Assembly (NCBI GenBank): GCA_002938255.1 | Contig: PTLB01000001.1 | Coordinates: 1 to 42,903 of the forward strand | Source: Alphaproteobacteria bacterium MarineAlpha5_Bin3 | Lineage (GTDB): Bacteria; Pseudomonadota; Alphaproteobacteria; HIMB59; GCA-002718135 | Length of the DNA: 42,903 nt | Reading direction: 5' to 3' | Shown here: in pieces, positions 1 to 10,249 of the stretch | How positions within the stretch are numbered: the first letter of the stretch is position 1 | Layout of the letters: the number at the start of each line of letters is the position of its first letter | Program-made: the position numbers and the translations under genes | Notes under the pieces: model-generated | Told to the model about the DNA's origin: nothing | Databases searched by the model: none | What the model saw: the letters and a program-made list of their open reading frames with translations, nothing else

Positions 1-1
1 A

Positions 2-562
2 TCAGATGAAAATAAATCATTAGATACATTACTTCCTAGTGAAGAAGAGACTATTTCTCCAGAATTAAAAATAGATCTTGCAGAGTTGGAATTACAAATT
101 TTTCAAAAAGAACAAAAAATTATTTTTCGTGATCAACAAATCAATAAAATGAAAAAAAAGATTGAAATTCTAACAGTTGAAAACAATAAATTAAGTAAAT
201 CTATTGAAAAAAAACTTGCAGATACAATTAATCAAAATGTGGAAATTGAAAATTCTAAGGAAAAAATTAATAAGATCCAATTAGAGTTACAACAAAAGAT
301 AAAAAAATTAAATCAGGAAATTGAAACTACAAAAAAAAACAATGAAGTATTAAGTAAATCTCAAAAAGAAAATGTTATTGAAAAACAACTTTTAACAAAA
401 GAGTACAAAAGTTTATTTAATAAAAATATGAAGTTAACTGATGAAAATAAAAAGTTAGTTAATGGAAATAAAAAGTTAAAAATCCTTATACAGAGTTTGG
501 AACAACAGATTAAGGAGCAAGAAACTCTTATCAAAAAATTGGACGATACATCTCATCATTAA
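2..562 (+). CDS. Coiled-coil protein, C-terminal part (5' end lies outside the window)
   Basis: The frame of the listed 86..562 ORF stays open back to nt 2 (SDENKSLDTLLPSEEETISPELKIDLAE...), so the gene is truncated by the window edge. The sequence is K/E/N/L/I-rich with heptad-like periodicity. No catalytic motif was recognised. Confidence 0.55.
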   Translation, partial: SDENKSLDTLLPSEEETISPELKIDLAELELQIFQKEQKIIFRDQQINKMKKKIEILTVENNKLSKSIEKKLADTINQNVEIENSKEKINKIQLELQQKIKKLNQEIETTKKNNEVLSKSQKENVIEKQLLTKEYKSLFNKNMKLTDENKKLVNGNKKLKILIQSLEQQIKEQETLIKKLDDTSHH

Positions 563-676
563 TTCAATTGGTTATTAGTTTTTTTTAAATAAGGTTAATA
601 ATAGGAGAAAATTAAATATTTTTTAATTTGGATCAATGCTGTAATTTTTCGTGTAACAATTTATATTTTTTTGGGG

Positions 677-1150
677 TTAGTTATTTTTTCTGAACAAATA
701 AGGTTCCTGAAAAGAACCTTGCCAGATGCCGGCTTTATCTTTTTTTGCTTTATCTTCAGATTCTGTATAATCTTTCGAGTAAAAGCGGTAAGCAATTGCC
801 CATCCGTTCTTCACCATAAATTCATTCATATCCAATTTGTTAACAAAGCACACAGATATATAGCGTTTAAATTGATCAGTGCCTTTAACATTGCAAATAA
901 CTTTTTTATTATTAATAAAATTAATTAGAGCTTTTGTAGATTCTTTACCACACGGCCATGCTACATTTTTTTTTTCACAAGTTTGATTAGTTTCAGGCGC
1001 ATCGATTCCGTGAAGTCTTATTTTATTTAATCCAATATGGATTGTGTCACCATCGACAACTTTTGCATTTCCTGTTATTGTTTTGGAAGCTAAATTTGGC
1101 GCAAAGCTAAATATAAATAGAATGCTAAAAATCCAGGTTATGGCTGCCAT
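677..1150 (-). CDS. Secreted staphylococcal-nuclease-like (SNase/thermonuclease family) protein
   Basis: The N-terminal hydrophobic signal-like segment is MAAITWIFSILFIFSFAPNLAS. The SNase core motif is VVDGDTIHIG..IRLHGIDAPE, with later FYSKDY..AE..AKKDKAGIW. ATG at 1150 is the only plausible start and overlaps the soxG 3' end by 26 nt. Confidence 0.8.
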   Translation of the reverse strand: MAAITWIFSILFIFSFAPNLASKTITGNAKVVDGDTIHIGLNKIRLHGIDAPETNQTCEKKNVAWPCGKESTKALINFINNKKVICNVKGTDQFKRYISVCFVNKLDMNEFMVKNGWAIAYRFYSKDYTESEDKAKKDKAGIWQGSFQEPYLFRKNN

Positions 1151-1703
1151 CTACAAGAATTTTATAAATATATTGGGCGTGTGAGCGGTTAGTATGTATG
1201 TCAATACTAGGCTTTTCACTGTATTTATGATTTCGCACCAACAAGATTGGTACCTTTATAAACAATGTTTGAGCTACAGCGGTTTCTTTTTGAAGGACTG
1301 TATCTAAATCTATGACCATAAATTTTGCTAATAAAGTATAAAGATTATGACCACTAACTTTTATAATTGTTCGATTTTCTGTTAAATCAGTAACAGCTGT
1401 ATTTTGAGGATTGAGTGTTGATTGAAGTTTTGAGAAAATTTCCTTAAACTTGTTTTCATTGTTAATTTCAACTAGCCATTCATTTGGACCAAGCCAGATT
1501 ACTTTAGCATTAACAGTAACATTACTAATGTTAGGTTCCGTTGGTAGGAGAATATCTAGAATTGTTCCAGAACTTGACATAAAATCTTTATTATCGGATT
1601 GTCCTCGAAGATTGATTTTAGGGATATGAGATAACTCTTCAAATTCAATGCCATTGTAAACTTGTATTCCTTGATCTTTTAATACACTTTCTCTTTTCAG
1701 CAT
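1125..1703 (-). CDS. soxG: Heterotetrameric sarcosine oxidase, gamma subunit
   Basis: Size (192 aa) and position directly after soxA fit soxG. Its start codon shares one nucleotide with the soxA stop (TAATG on the minus strand). Sequence conservation in this family is weak, so the call rests mostly on operon context. Confidence 0.75.
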   Translation of the reverse strand: MLKRESVLKDQGIQVYNGIEFEELSHIPKINLRGQSDNKDFMSSSGTILDILLPTEPNISNVTVNAKVIWLGPNEWLVEINNENKFKEIFSKLQSTLNPQNTAVTDLTENRTIIKVSGHNLYTLLAKFMVIDLDTVLQKETAVAQTLFIKVPILLVRNHKYSEKPSIDIHTNRSHAQYIYKILVDGSHNLDF

Positions 1704-4669
1704 TACGTACTTAACCTTTCATTGGAAGGATCAATAAATACGGGATCAGTTATTTCCACTTCAATTGTTTTATCTGGCATTGGCGCAAGTAACTTGTTTC
1801 CTTTTTTCTTTAATCCACCTTTAACAAGAGCAAGAGCAAAAGAACGTCCGAGATTTGGTGAGTAATAACTAGATGTGACATGGCCAACCATTGGCATAGG
1901 TAAAGATGTTTTTAATTCCACTAGTTGCGCTCCTTCTTCTAAAACTTCTGAGGGATCCTTAGTTAAAATTCCCACTAATTGTTTACGGTCTTCTCTAATT
2001 GTATCACTTCTATAAAGAGCTCTTTTGCCAATAAAATCGTATTTTTTTTTGCTAACTATCCAACTCATGTCCAAATCTATCGGAGTTACAGATCCATCAG
2101 TCTCTTGACCAACAATTATAAAGCCTTTTTCTGCACGTAATACATGCATAGCCTCAGTTCCATATGGAGTAATGTTAAATTCTTGACCTAATTCAAAGCA
2201 TTTAGACCATAATGCCTTGGCATAACTAGAAGGCGCATTTATTTCATAGCACATCTCACCTGTAAAACTAATGCGCATTACACGGCAGTGAACACTATCT
2301 ATTTCAATATTTTGAAAACTCATGTGTGGAAAATTCTCTTTTGAAAAATCGTTAGCTGGACAAAGTTTTTTCATCAATTGAGGAGAATAGGGACCATTGA
2401 TACTGATTGTAGCAAACTGTTCAGTAACAGATGTTAAGTAAACTTTAAGTTCTGGCCATTCTGTTTGCAGCCAATCTTCTAATTTACTCATTACACTTGC
2501 AGCATTTCCAGTTGTTGTTGTCATAACATAATTATTTTCTCCAAGCCTACTAGTTACACCATCATCAATCACCATACCGTCATCACCTAGCATTAATCCA
2601 TAACGGCATTTTCCAATCTCAAGATTTGACCATGCATTAGTATATACTCGATTAAGGAATTCACTTGCATCTCTTCCTTTAATATCAATTTTACCTAAAG
2701 TAGATGCATCTAGTATGCCAATACCATTTCTAGTTGCTTTCACTTCACGATTTACAGCTTGATGCATGTCTTCGTTTTCTTTTGGATAGTACCAGGCTCT
2801 TTTCCATTGCCCTACATCTTCAAACTTGGCTGCATTATCAACATGCCACTGATGCATTGGAGTAGTTCTTTCTACATCAAAAAATTCTTTTACATGTCTT
2901 CCCGCCATTGCACCAAAAGTTATAGGAGTATAAGGCAATCTAAAAGTAGTAGTACCTAGTTCATGAATGGGTTTGCCGGATAAGTCGGAAATAATTCCAA
3001 GTGCATTAATATTTCCTATTTTTCCTTGATCAGTTGCCATACCAGTTGTTGTATAACGCTTTACATGTTCAATTGATTTATACCCTTCTTTTAACGCTAG
3101 TTTTATGTCTTTTGCAGTTACATCGTTTTGAAAATCAATAAACATTTTTGTTTTGCCAAAATGTTTATTTGATGGAACAATCCAAACATGCTTCATTTTG
3201 TCATAAAATATTTTGTCTACATCTTTTCTGGATTTTTCTTCAATATTTTTTCCGAATTCATCTAATAACTTCGTCATTTTGATGAGAGTTTCTTCAAAAA
3301 TTTCATCCAATCCAAATGTACCATTACATGCTCCAATTGATATTTGCTTTTGAAAAGACTTATAAGGAATAAATGTCGCGTCTGATTCTCGGTAAATTAA
3401 TTTACCCCTAGATTGTGAAAACAAATGAACAGTTGGTGTCCATCCCCCTGATACACAAAGCAAGTCACATGATAATTTTTTAGGTTTCCCAATTAGTATA
3501 TTAAATTTTCCATCAAATTCACTAATAGTGACCTTATTAATTTTTTTTCTTCCTTTAGTGTTAATTACAGCATGGTTAAAGTAAATTTTAAGTCCATGAT
3601 GCTTAGCTTTTTTTACAAGATGCCCATTTGAATCTTTGCGCACATCTATTATTGCTTGCACGTCAATATTTTTAAAAAGAAAATCAATAGCAGTTTGATA
3701 AGCACTATCATTATTGGTGAATATAACGATTTTTTTTCCAGGATTAGTACGGTAATAATTTAAGTATTTTCTAGCACTGTTGGCTAACATAATGCCTGGT
3801 CTATCGTTATTATTAAAAGTCAGAAAACGTTCAATTGATCCTGTAGCTAAAACAACTTTTTTTGCTCTTATTTTCCAAATAACTTGCCTTATACTTTTTT
3901 GATTGATTTTCTGGCATGCAAGCAAGTAATTTGATTGCATATATGCAAAAACTGTTGAGTTTTTAATAATTTTTAAATTATTGAGTTTTTTTATTTCATC
4001 TTCAAGACTGTTTCCAACACCTATACTAAGATGATTATCATCAACAGCGAATTTTAATCCTGAGGGATCCTTTGCAACATGCAAATGCTCACCTCCTAAT
4101 TCAGGATTTTGTTCTACTAGTAAAACTTTCAAATTTGCCTTTGCGGATAATTTTGCAGCGTACAATCCACTTAGACCTCCACCTACAACCAATACATCAC
4201 AATGATAATGAAAATGTTCATATTTATGAGGATCATCCTTAGTTGGGGATTTACCTAATCCTGCAGCTTGTCTAATAAAATATTCATATTTCTCCCAAAA
4301 TTTAGGAGGCCACATAAAAGTTTTGTAATAAAATCCTGCAGGGAAAAAAGGTGCAAGTAAGTCATTAATAGACCCAAAGTCAAAATTTAATGTTGGCCAA
4401 TTATTTTGTGAAGTAGCTATTAAACCTGCATATATTTCAATCTCTGTCGCTCGTACATTTGGTTCAGTAATTTCACCAGATTCTAATTGAACGATTGCAT
4501 TTGGCTCTTCACTTCCCGAACTAATTATCCCTCTTGGTCTATGGTATTTGAAGCTTCTTCCAACAAAAAAAATGCCATTCCTAATCAAAGCACTAGCAAG
4601 TGTGTCTCCTTGATAGCCAGAATATTTTTTGCCATCAAAAGTGAAAGAAATTTTTTTATCAAAATACAT
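1703..4669 (-). CDS. soxA: Heterotetrameric sarcosine oxidase, alpha subunit (THF-binding, GcvT-like C-terminal domain)
   Basis: The 988-aa protein starts FDGKKYSGYQGDTLASALIRNG..VGRSFKYHRPRGI. It has a dinucleotide-binding VLVVGGGLSGLYAA motif and an aminomethyltransferase-like C-terminal half (GTEAMHVLRAEKGF). Confidence 0.92.
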   Translation of the reverse strand: MYFDKKISFTFDGKKYSGYQGDTLASALIRNGIFFVGRSFKYHRPRGIISSGSEEPNAIVQLESGEITEPNVRATEIEIYAGLIATSQNNWPTLNFDFGSINDLLAPFFPAGFYYKTFMWPPKFWEKYEYFIRQAAGLGKSPTKDDPHKYEHFHYHCDVLVVGGGLSGLYAAKLSAKANLKVLLVEQNPELGGEHLHVAKDPSGLKFAVDDNHLSIGVGNSLEDEIKKLNNLKIIKNSTVFAYMQSNYLLACQKINQKSIRQVIWKIRAKKVVLATGSIERFLTFNNNDRPGIMLANSARKYLNYYRTNPGKKIVIFTNNDSAYQTAIDFLFKNIDVQAIIDVRKDSNGHLVKKAKHHGLKIYFNHAVINTKGRKKINKVTISEFDGKFNILIGKPKKLSCDLLCVSGGWTPTVHLFSQSRGKLIYRESDATFIPYKSFQKQISIGACNGTFGLDEIFEETLIKMTKLLDEFGKNIEEKSRKDVDKIFYDKMKHVWIVPSNKHFGKTKMFIDFQNDVTAKDIKLALKEGYKSIEHVKRYTTTGMATDQGKIGNINALGIISDLSGKPIHELGTTTFRLPYTPITFGAMAGRHVKEFFDVERTTPMHQWHVDNAAKFEDVGQWKRAWYYPKENEDMHQAVNREVKATRNGIGILDASTLGKIDIKGRDASEFLNRVYTNAWSNLEIGKCRYGLMLGDDGMVIDDGVTSRLGENNYVMTTTTGNAASVMSKLEDWLQTEWPELKVYLTSVTEQFATISINGPYSPQLMKKLCPANDFSKENFPHMSFQNIEIDSVHCRVMRISFTGEMCYEINAPSSYAKALWSKCFELGQEFNITPYGTEAMHVLRAEKGFIIVGQETDGSVTPIDLDMSWIVSKKKYDFIGKRALYRSDTIREDRKQLVGILTKDPSEVLEEGAQLVELKTSLPMPMVGHVTSSYYSPNLGRSFALALVKGGLKKKGNKLLAPMPDKTIEVEITDPVFIDPSNERLST

Positions 4670-4671
4670 AT

Positions 4672-5025
4672 TTATTTTTTTGTATATGTGGTTGAGATAT
4701 TGCCTGAACCTATTTCTGGTTCTCCAGACGGCGTATCAAGAGCATCACCACTTATATTAGGGGGTTTTTCTCCCATATTATAGATTTTTAAAATTTCATC
4801 AGTTGCGGTATTTCTTGCAACATTAAACCATCTTCGACATCCATTGGAATGATTCCATCTTTCAAATTGTATTCCTTTTATATTTTTACGCATAAAAAGA
4901 TATTCGGACCATTGGTCATCGGTCAACTCTGGTGGATTTTTTGGACGAACTATATGTGCTTCTCCACCACAGGAAAACTCAGCTTGCTCTCTTTCACCGC
5001 AGTAAGGACAATTGATTAAAAACAT
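4672..5025 (-). CDS. soxD: Heterotetrameric sarcosine oxidase, delta subunit
   Basis: The N-terminus MFLINCPYCGEREQAEFSCGGEAH is typical of the SoxD zinc-ribbon. The gene lies between soxB and soxA with 2-nt spacers. Confidence 0.9.
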   Translation of the reverse strand: MFLINCPYCGEREQAEFSCGGEAHIVRPKNPPELTDDQWSEYLFMRKNIKGIQFERWNHSNGCRRWFNVARNTATDEILKIYNMGEKPPNISGDALDTPSGEPEIGSGNISTTYTKK

Positions 5026-5027
5026 AT

Positions 5028-6290
5028 CTAATGAGCAACAGCAGCAGCGCCGTGTTCATCCACCAACTCTCCACTAGAAAATCGATTAATGTTAAAAGGA
5101 GCATTGAGGATATGCGGCTGGTCATTGGCAATTGTATGGGCAAACACCCATCCAGATCCAGGAGTGGCTTTGAAACCACCAGTTCCCCAGCCGCAATTGA
5201 AATACAATCCCTTAATATGTGTTTTGCTAATAATTGGACTTGCATCAGGACATATATCAACAATGCCACCCCAATGCCTCAGCATTTTCATTCTTGAAAA
5301 GAGTGGAAATAATTCAACAACTGCCATTATTGTATCTTCTACGATGTTAAAACCTCCTCTTTGTGTATAAGATGTGTATCCGTCAGTTCCAGCTCCAATA
5401 ACTAACTCTCCCTTATCTGATTGTGAAACATAAGCATGAATTGTATTTGACATTACAACTGTATCGAGAATTGGTTTAACTGGCTCTGAAACAAGAGCTT
5501 GCAAAGGCCTGCTTTCTATAGGCAGTCTAATACCGACCATATTTGCAATAACGCTTGAATGACCTGCGGCTACGACACCTATACGATTTGAATTTATCCG
5601 ACCTTTTGTTGTTTCAATTCCTGTGACATTTCCATTTTGAACATTAATTCCTGTAACTTCGCAGTTTTGAATGATATCGACACCCATTGCATCCGCGCCT
5701 CTTGCATAACCCCATGCAACGGCGTCATGTCTAGCGGTTCCAGCCCGTCGTTGAAGAGTAGCTCCTAGAACTGGATAGCGAATGTTTGGAGATGTATTAA
5801 TTATAGGACAGAATTCCTTTACTTGTTTTGTATTTAACCATTCGCAGTCAATATCATTCAGTCGATTTGCGTGCCAACGTCTTTTTAGTTCACGAACATC
5901 GTGAAGGTTATGAGCTACATTCATCACACCACGTTGCGAAAACATTACATTGAAATTTAATTCCTGAGACATTCCTTCCCAAAGTTTAAGAGCGTGATCA
6001 TATAATCTTGCACTTTGATCCCATAAATAGTTTGACCGAATAATGGTTGTGTTTCTTCCTGTGTTGCCTAGGCCAATCCAACCTTTTTCAACAACTGCTA
6101 TTTTCGTAAGGCCATGATTTTTGGCGAGATAGTAAGCAGTTGTTAAGCCATGGCCTCCACCGCCTATGATGATAGCATCATATTCTGTTTTTGGCGCGGG
6201 TGAGCGCCAAACTGGCTGCCAATTTTCATGATAGGATAAAGCGTTTTTAAAGAGCGAAAATACCGAATATTTTATTGGCTTCTTGTGCAT
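5028..6290 (-). CDS. soxB: Heterotetrameric sarcosine oxidase, beta subunit (FAD/FMN flavoprotein)
   Basis: The 420-aa protein has the DAO-family FAD motif [20 protein letters not shown]. Its C-terminal half ([14 protein letters not shown]) is typical of SoxB. Confidence 0.92.
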   Translation of the reverse strand: MHKKPIKYSVFSLFKNALSYHENWQPVWRSPAPKTEYDAIIIGGGGHGLTTAYYLAKNHGLTKIAVVEKGWIGLGNTGRNTTIIRSNYLWDQSARLYDHALKLWEGMSQELNFNVMFSQRGVMNVAHNLHDVRELKRRWHANRLNDIDCEWLNTKQVKEFCPIINTSPNIRYPVLGATLQRRAGTARHDAVAWGYARGADAMGVDIIQNCEVTGINVQNGNVTGIETTKGRINSNRIGVVAAGHSSVIANMVGIRLPIESRPLQALVSEPVKPILDTVVMSNTIHAYVSQSDKGELVIGAGTDGYTSYTQRGGFNIVEDTIMAVVELFPLFSRMKMLRHWGGIVDICPDASPIISKTHIKGLYFNCGWGTGGFKATPGSGWVFAHTIANDQPHILNAPFNINRFSSGELVDEHGAAAVAH

Positions 6291-6322
6291 ATATTATAGA
6301 ATTATGAAGATCTATAACAGTT

Positions 6323-7984
6323 TTAGAAAAGACCTTCAATTTCTCCCTCGTCATTAAGAAAAATAGAATTTGCCGCAGGAACGCTTGGCAGCCCAGGCAT
6401 GGTCATTATTTCTCCACACACAACTACAATAAATTCTGCTCCACTTGATAAACGTACTTCTCTGATTGGAATACTGTGATTAGAAGGCGCTCCTTTTAAA
6501 GTTGGGTCTGTAGAGAAACTATATTGAGTTTTAGCAATGCAGATAGGAAAATCCCCATACCCATTTTCTTCAAACTGTTTTAATTGATCACGTATTTTTG
6601 AATCTGCAATAACATCATCAGCATCATAAATTTCTGTTGCAATCGTTTTGATTTTTTCAAGTAAAGAAATTTTATCTTCGTACAGATATTTAAAAGTATT
6701 GATACCATTGGCAATCTCAACAACTTTTTTTGCAAGCTCAACAGTACCTTCACCACCTTTTGCCCAGTGATAACAAGGAACGGTTTCAACACCAATACTT
6801 TTACATTCTTCTTGAAGTGCTTGCATTTCATTTTCTGTGTCAGCAACAAAATGATTGATAGCAATCACCACAGGAAGACCAAATTTTTTAATATTAGAAA
6901 CATGACGTTTTAAATTAGATATACCAGATTTTACTGCCTCTACATTTTCGTTACTCAAATTTGCTTTTGCAACACCCCCATGCATTTTAAGAGCACGAAT
7001 GGTAGCAACTAATACAACAGCGCTTGGTGTAAGACCAGATTTTCGACATTTAATATCAAAAAATTTTTCTGCCCCAAGGTCTGCTCCAAAACCAGCTTCA
7101 GTAACTACGTAATCTGATAATTGAAGACTCGTTTTTGTTGCAATTACACTGTTACAACCGTGAGCAATATTTGCAAACGGACCTCCATGAATAATTGCGG
7201 GATTATTCTCCAAAGTTTGTACTAAATTAGGCATTAAAGCTTGTTTTAATAAAACAGTCATAGGGCCTTCTGCTTTTAGATCTTTTGCAAATATAGCTTT
7301 CTTTTCTCTTGTGTAGGCAACAGTAATATTTCCAAGACGTCTTTCTAAATCTTTTAAATCATTAGCTAAACAAAAAATCGCCATAACTTCAGAAGCAACA
7401 GTTATATTAAAACCATCTTGGCGAGGATATCCATTTGCAACACCACCTAAATTTACCGTAATTTCCCGGAGTGCTCTATCATTTAAATCTAAACATCTTT
7501 TCCAAGATACACGACGAACATCAATACCAAGTTTATTTCCCCAATAAATATGGTTATCAATTAGAGACGCTAAAAGATTATTCGCAGATGTAATTGCATG
7601 AAAATCACCAGTAAAATGTAAATTTATATGTTCCATTGGTACAACCTGAGCATATCCCCCTCCCGCAGCACCACCTTTCATGCCAAAGCTAGGGCCAAGA
7701 CTTGGTTCACGCAAACACACAATGCTTTGTTTTCCAATTTTACAGAGACCATCACTGAGACCAACAGAAGTTGTAGTTTTACCTTCTCCTGCAGGAGTTG
7801 GTGAAATAGCAGTAACTAAGATAAGTTTTGATTCTTTTTTAGGGAGTCTTTGAGTTGAATTATTATCTATTTTCGCAATATAATGACCATAAGGACGAAG
7901 ATCATTTTCTTCTAAATTTAGTTTTATGGCAATTTCTTTAATATTTTTTTTATTAGCTTTACGTGCGATCTCAATATCAGACAT
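6323..7984 (-). CDS. fhs: Formate-tetrahydrofolate ligase
   Basis: The 553-aa protein carries [16 protein letters not shown] (P-loop), [13 protein letters not shown] and full-length FTHFS-family similarity. Confidence 0.95.
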   Translation of the reverse strand: MSDIEIARKANKKNIKEIAIKLNLEENDLRPYGHYIAKIDNNSTQRLPKKESKLILVTAISPTPAGEGKTTTSVGLSDGLCKIGKQSIVCLREPSLGPSFGMKGGAAGGGYAQVVPMEHINLHFTGDFHAITSANNLLASLIDNHIYWGNKLGIDVRRVSWKRCLDLNDRALREITVNLGGVANGYPRQDGFNITVASEVMAIFCLANDLKDLERRLGNITVAYTREKKAIFAKDLKAEGPMTVLLKQALMPNLVQTLENNPAIIHGGPFANIAHGCNSVIATKTSLQLSDYVVTEAGFGADLGAEKFFDIKCRKSGLTPSAVVLVATIRALKMHGGVAKANLSNENVEAVKSGISNLKRHVSNIKKFGLPVVIAINHFVADTENEMQALQEECKSIGVETVPCYHWAKGGEGTVELAKKVVEIANGINTFKYLYEDKISLLEKIKTIATEIYDADDVIADSKIRDQLKQFEENGYGDFPICIAKTQYSFSTDPTLKGAPSNHSIPIREVRLSSGAEFIVVVCGEIMTMPGLPSVPAANSIFLNDEGEIEGLF

Positions 7985-8088
7985 ATGGAATTTTCCTCAA
8001 ATTTTTATTTCTTCTATAGATGAATTTTGTTTGAAAATAATATTAATTTCACTATTGGTAATAAAAAAAAAGTGGACAATTTAATTTT

Positions 8089-8991
8089 TTATTTCCCTAT
8101 AATTTTAAATTCATTTTTACTATTAATTTCTAAATTAGAATTAATAACGTCATATAACCATTCAGAGGTTGTTTTGATTCCTCCAAAGGCATAGAAATGT
8201 AATTTTGCTAATTTTGAGTTTGGGCGCTCTTCTTTATAATCAGCAAGATCAGCAATCAACTTATCTGGAGTTCTAGTCTTCATTATTTTTGTAATATTTC
8301 TGGCTTGTTTAGATAAAAAATGTATTGAATTTCCGATACCACATGATTTGGCATATGCAATTAAAGTTTTAAGAGTTGCTGGACCTGGTATGCCAGCATG
8401 AATTTCTAATTTATTGTTGTGTAAATTTAATTTTTGCTCCCAAATCTCTAAAGAAGAAACTTCAAAGAAAAATTGTGTTGCTAAATATGCTTTATAATCT
8501 ACATTTTTAACAAATTCATTTTTTTCTATGATAGCTTTGTCTAACTCTTCTTCAGAAATGTCAGGGTTACCATCGGGATGCCCTGCTAAGCCTACTTCTT
8601 TAAATTGGTATTTTGATAATAGATCAGTCTTAAGAATATCTAGACTTGATGTAATATTACCTTTTTGATTTGACCCACCACCAATAACCAAAATTTTATT
8701 ACAACCTGCTTTTTCAGATAAATCACCTATGTATTTTTCAAGCTCATTATTATCTTTTATTGTCCTTGCAGGAAGATGTGGAATAACATCAAATCCTTCA
8801 TTAGTAAGTTTTTTTGCTGTATTAATTACACGTGATGAATTTTCATCAGGTAAGTAAGTAACATAAACAGCATTATCAGTGGAAATTAAATCCGAAAATT
8901 TACCATATTTTTCATAAACATTTGGCGTTGTTTCTATTGAATAATTATTTAAAAGCTTTTTAATATTAAATTCTTTTTGATTTCTATTCAT
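8089..8991 (-). CDS. metF: Methylenetetrahydrofolate reductase-like protein
   Basis: The 300-aa protein has an MTHFR-like TIM-barrel pattern: SIETTP.., VIPHLPAR, LVIGGG, GLAGHPDG, AYLATQFFFE, IHAGIPGPATLKTL. It is a divergent (non-E. coli-type) member, and C1-cluster context supports the call. Confidence 0.7.
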   Translation of the reverse strand: MNRNQKEFNIKKLLNNYSIETTPNVYEKYGKFSDLISTDNAVYVTYLPDENSSRVINTAKKLTNEGFDVIPHLPARTIKDNNELEKYIGDLSEKAGCNKILVIGGGSNQKGNITSSLDILKTDLLSKYQFKEVGLAGHPDGNPDISEEELDKAIIEKNEFVKNVDYKAYLATQFFFEVSSLEIWEQKLNLHNNKLEIHAGIPGPATLKTLIAYAKSCGIGNSIHFLSKQARNITKIMKTRTPDKLIADLADYKEERPNSKLAKLHFYAFGGIKTTSEWLYDVINSNLEINSKNEFKIIGK

Positions 8992-9031
8992 ATATATTTT
9001 ATTGATTTTTATATTTTTAAATTGGATTTAA

Positions 9032-9967
9032 ATGAAAAATTTAAAATTTACTATTATTACTTTTTATCAATTTAAGAAAAATCGTAATCTTGAAAAATTA
9101 CAAAATTTACTAAAGGATTTTTGCTCATTTCATAAAATTAAAGGCACAATTTTACTTGCAGATGAAGGAATTAATGGAACGGTTGCTGGGTTAACAAAGC
9201 CCATTAAACTGTTAGAATTAGAGATACAGAAACTAGGATTCACAAGATTGGAATTAAAACGTTCTTTTTATGAACTCATGCCTTTTAATCGTTTAAAAAT
9301 AAAAATTAAAAATGAAATTGTTACTTTTGATGGATCACAATTAGATGTTGAAAATCATTCTGGCAAGCATGTTGTTTTTAATGAATGGAATGCATTAATT
9401 GAAGATAAAAAAACAATAGTGATTGATGTGCGTAATAATTTTGAAGTAGAAATTGGTTCATTTGAAAGATCAATTAATCCTAAGACTAAAAATTTTTCAG
9501 AATTTAAAAAATATGTAGATAAAAACTTATCAGAAAATAAAAATATGAAGATTGCTATGTATTGTACAGGAGGAATAAGATGTGAAAAAGCATCATCTTA
9601 TATGCTTAACAAGGGCTTTAAAAATATTTTTCAATTAAAGGGGGGTATACTTCAATATCTTGAAGATATATCAATCAAAAAATCAAAGTGGCAAGGAGAA
9701 TGTTTTGTTTTTGACAACAGGGTATCTATTAAAAATGAAATGGCATCAGGTACGTATGAATTATGTCATGCCTGCCGCAATCTTCTTGGTCTTGAAGATC
9801 GTTTATCAAAAAATTATGTTAAAGGAATTTCCTGCTCCAAATGTATTAACAAAATATCAAAAGATAAGATATTGAAACTTAAAGAAAGAAATAAACAAAT
9901 AGAAATTTCTAAAAAGAAAGGTCTTTATAATCCTTATATTAAGTATACTCCCTCTGATTTTTCATAA
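9032..9967 (+). CDS. trhO: Rhodanese-domain protein, UPF0176/TrhO family (tRNA U34 hydroxylase)
   Basis: The rhodanese active-site loop is MYCTGGIRCEKAS, followed by LKGGILQYLE and the C-terminal Cys cluster C..C....CSKC typical of the family. Confidence 0.85.
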   Translation: MKNLKFTIITFYQFKKNRNLEKLQNLLKDFCSFHKIKGTILLADEGINGTVAGLTKPIKLLELEIQKLGFTRLELKRSFYELMPFNRLKIKIKNEIVTFDGSQLDVENHSGKHVVFNEWNALIEDKKTIVIDVRNNFEVEIGSFERSINPKTKNFSEFKKYVDKNLSENKNMKIAMYCTGGIRCEKASSYMLNKGFKNIFQLKGGILQYLEDISIKKSKWQGECFVFDNRVSIKNEMASGTYELCHACRNLLGLEDRLSKNYVKGISCSKCINKISKDKILKLKERNKQIEISKKKGLYNPYIKYTPSDFS

Positions 9968-10007
9968 AAAACTTTATTTCATTATTATTTGAATATATAG
10001 GCACTTT

Positions 10008-10199
10008 ATGGCTAAAAAATCATATGCTTTAAAACAACTTCTTCCCGAAGAAAATCCAAAAACAGGAACAAAGTATATAGTTCGAAAACCAACAAAAGGT
10101 TTAAAAGCTTCTGAAAAACTACGTGTTAAAAAATATGATCCAGTTTTAAAAAAACATGTTTGGTTTGTTGAAAAAAAAATGCCTCCTCATAGTAAATAA
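10008..10199 (+). CDS. rpmG: 50S ribosomal protein L33 (Cys-less form, divergent N-terminus)
   Basis: The C-terminal block KLRVKKYDPVLKKHVWFVEKK matches the L33 signature (K/R)KYDPV.(K/R)KHV.(F/Y)KE.K. The protein is small (63 aa) and basic. Confidence 0.7.
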   Translation: MAKKSYALKQLLPEENPKTGTKYIVRKPTKGLKASEKLRVKKYDPVLKKHVWFVEKKMPPHSK

Positions 10200-10249
10200 C
10201 TTATTTATATTTTTTAAAAAAACTTTTCTATGAAAAGAAATAAATAAAA

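Noticed and set aside
701-719. Hairpin AGGTTC-N7-GAACCT near the 3' end of the nuclease gene, considered as a terminator for the sox string.
   Set aside because: It lies inside the coding sequence about 20 nt upstream of the stop. The stem is only 6 bp, and no clear U-tract follows it on the minus strand.
671-928. Antisense shadow ORFs from the six-frame track. Examples are 671-928, 2759-2959, 4487-4783, 4994-5370 (three ORFs), 6580-6864, 9660-9875, 13344-13547, 13785-13991, 14162-14416 and 17091-17513. Further examples are 18212-18475, 19056-19268, 19836-20066, 20279-20503, 20931-21140, 25351-25566, 26157-26810, 29159-29359, 29708-29893, 30230-30439 and 32835-33017. The remainder are 33872-34260, 34984-35208, 36414-36647, 37006-37207, 37440-37625, 39850-40035 and 42018-42233.
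   Set aside because: Each lies entirely inside, or in another frame of, a strongly supported conserved gene. They have low-complexity or atypical composition and carry no recognisable motif.
7985-8088. Possible ZTP (pfl), THF or SAM-type riboswitch in the 104-nt leader of fhs, or in the 40-nt region upstream of metF (8992-9031).
   Set aside because: Read on the minus strand, these spacers are almost pure A/T. They contain no GC-rich conserved cores (for example the CCGCCTGGGC-like element of ZTP) and no convincing pairing. The metF upstream region is too short for an aptamer. A cmsearch would be needed for certainty.
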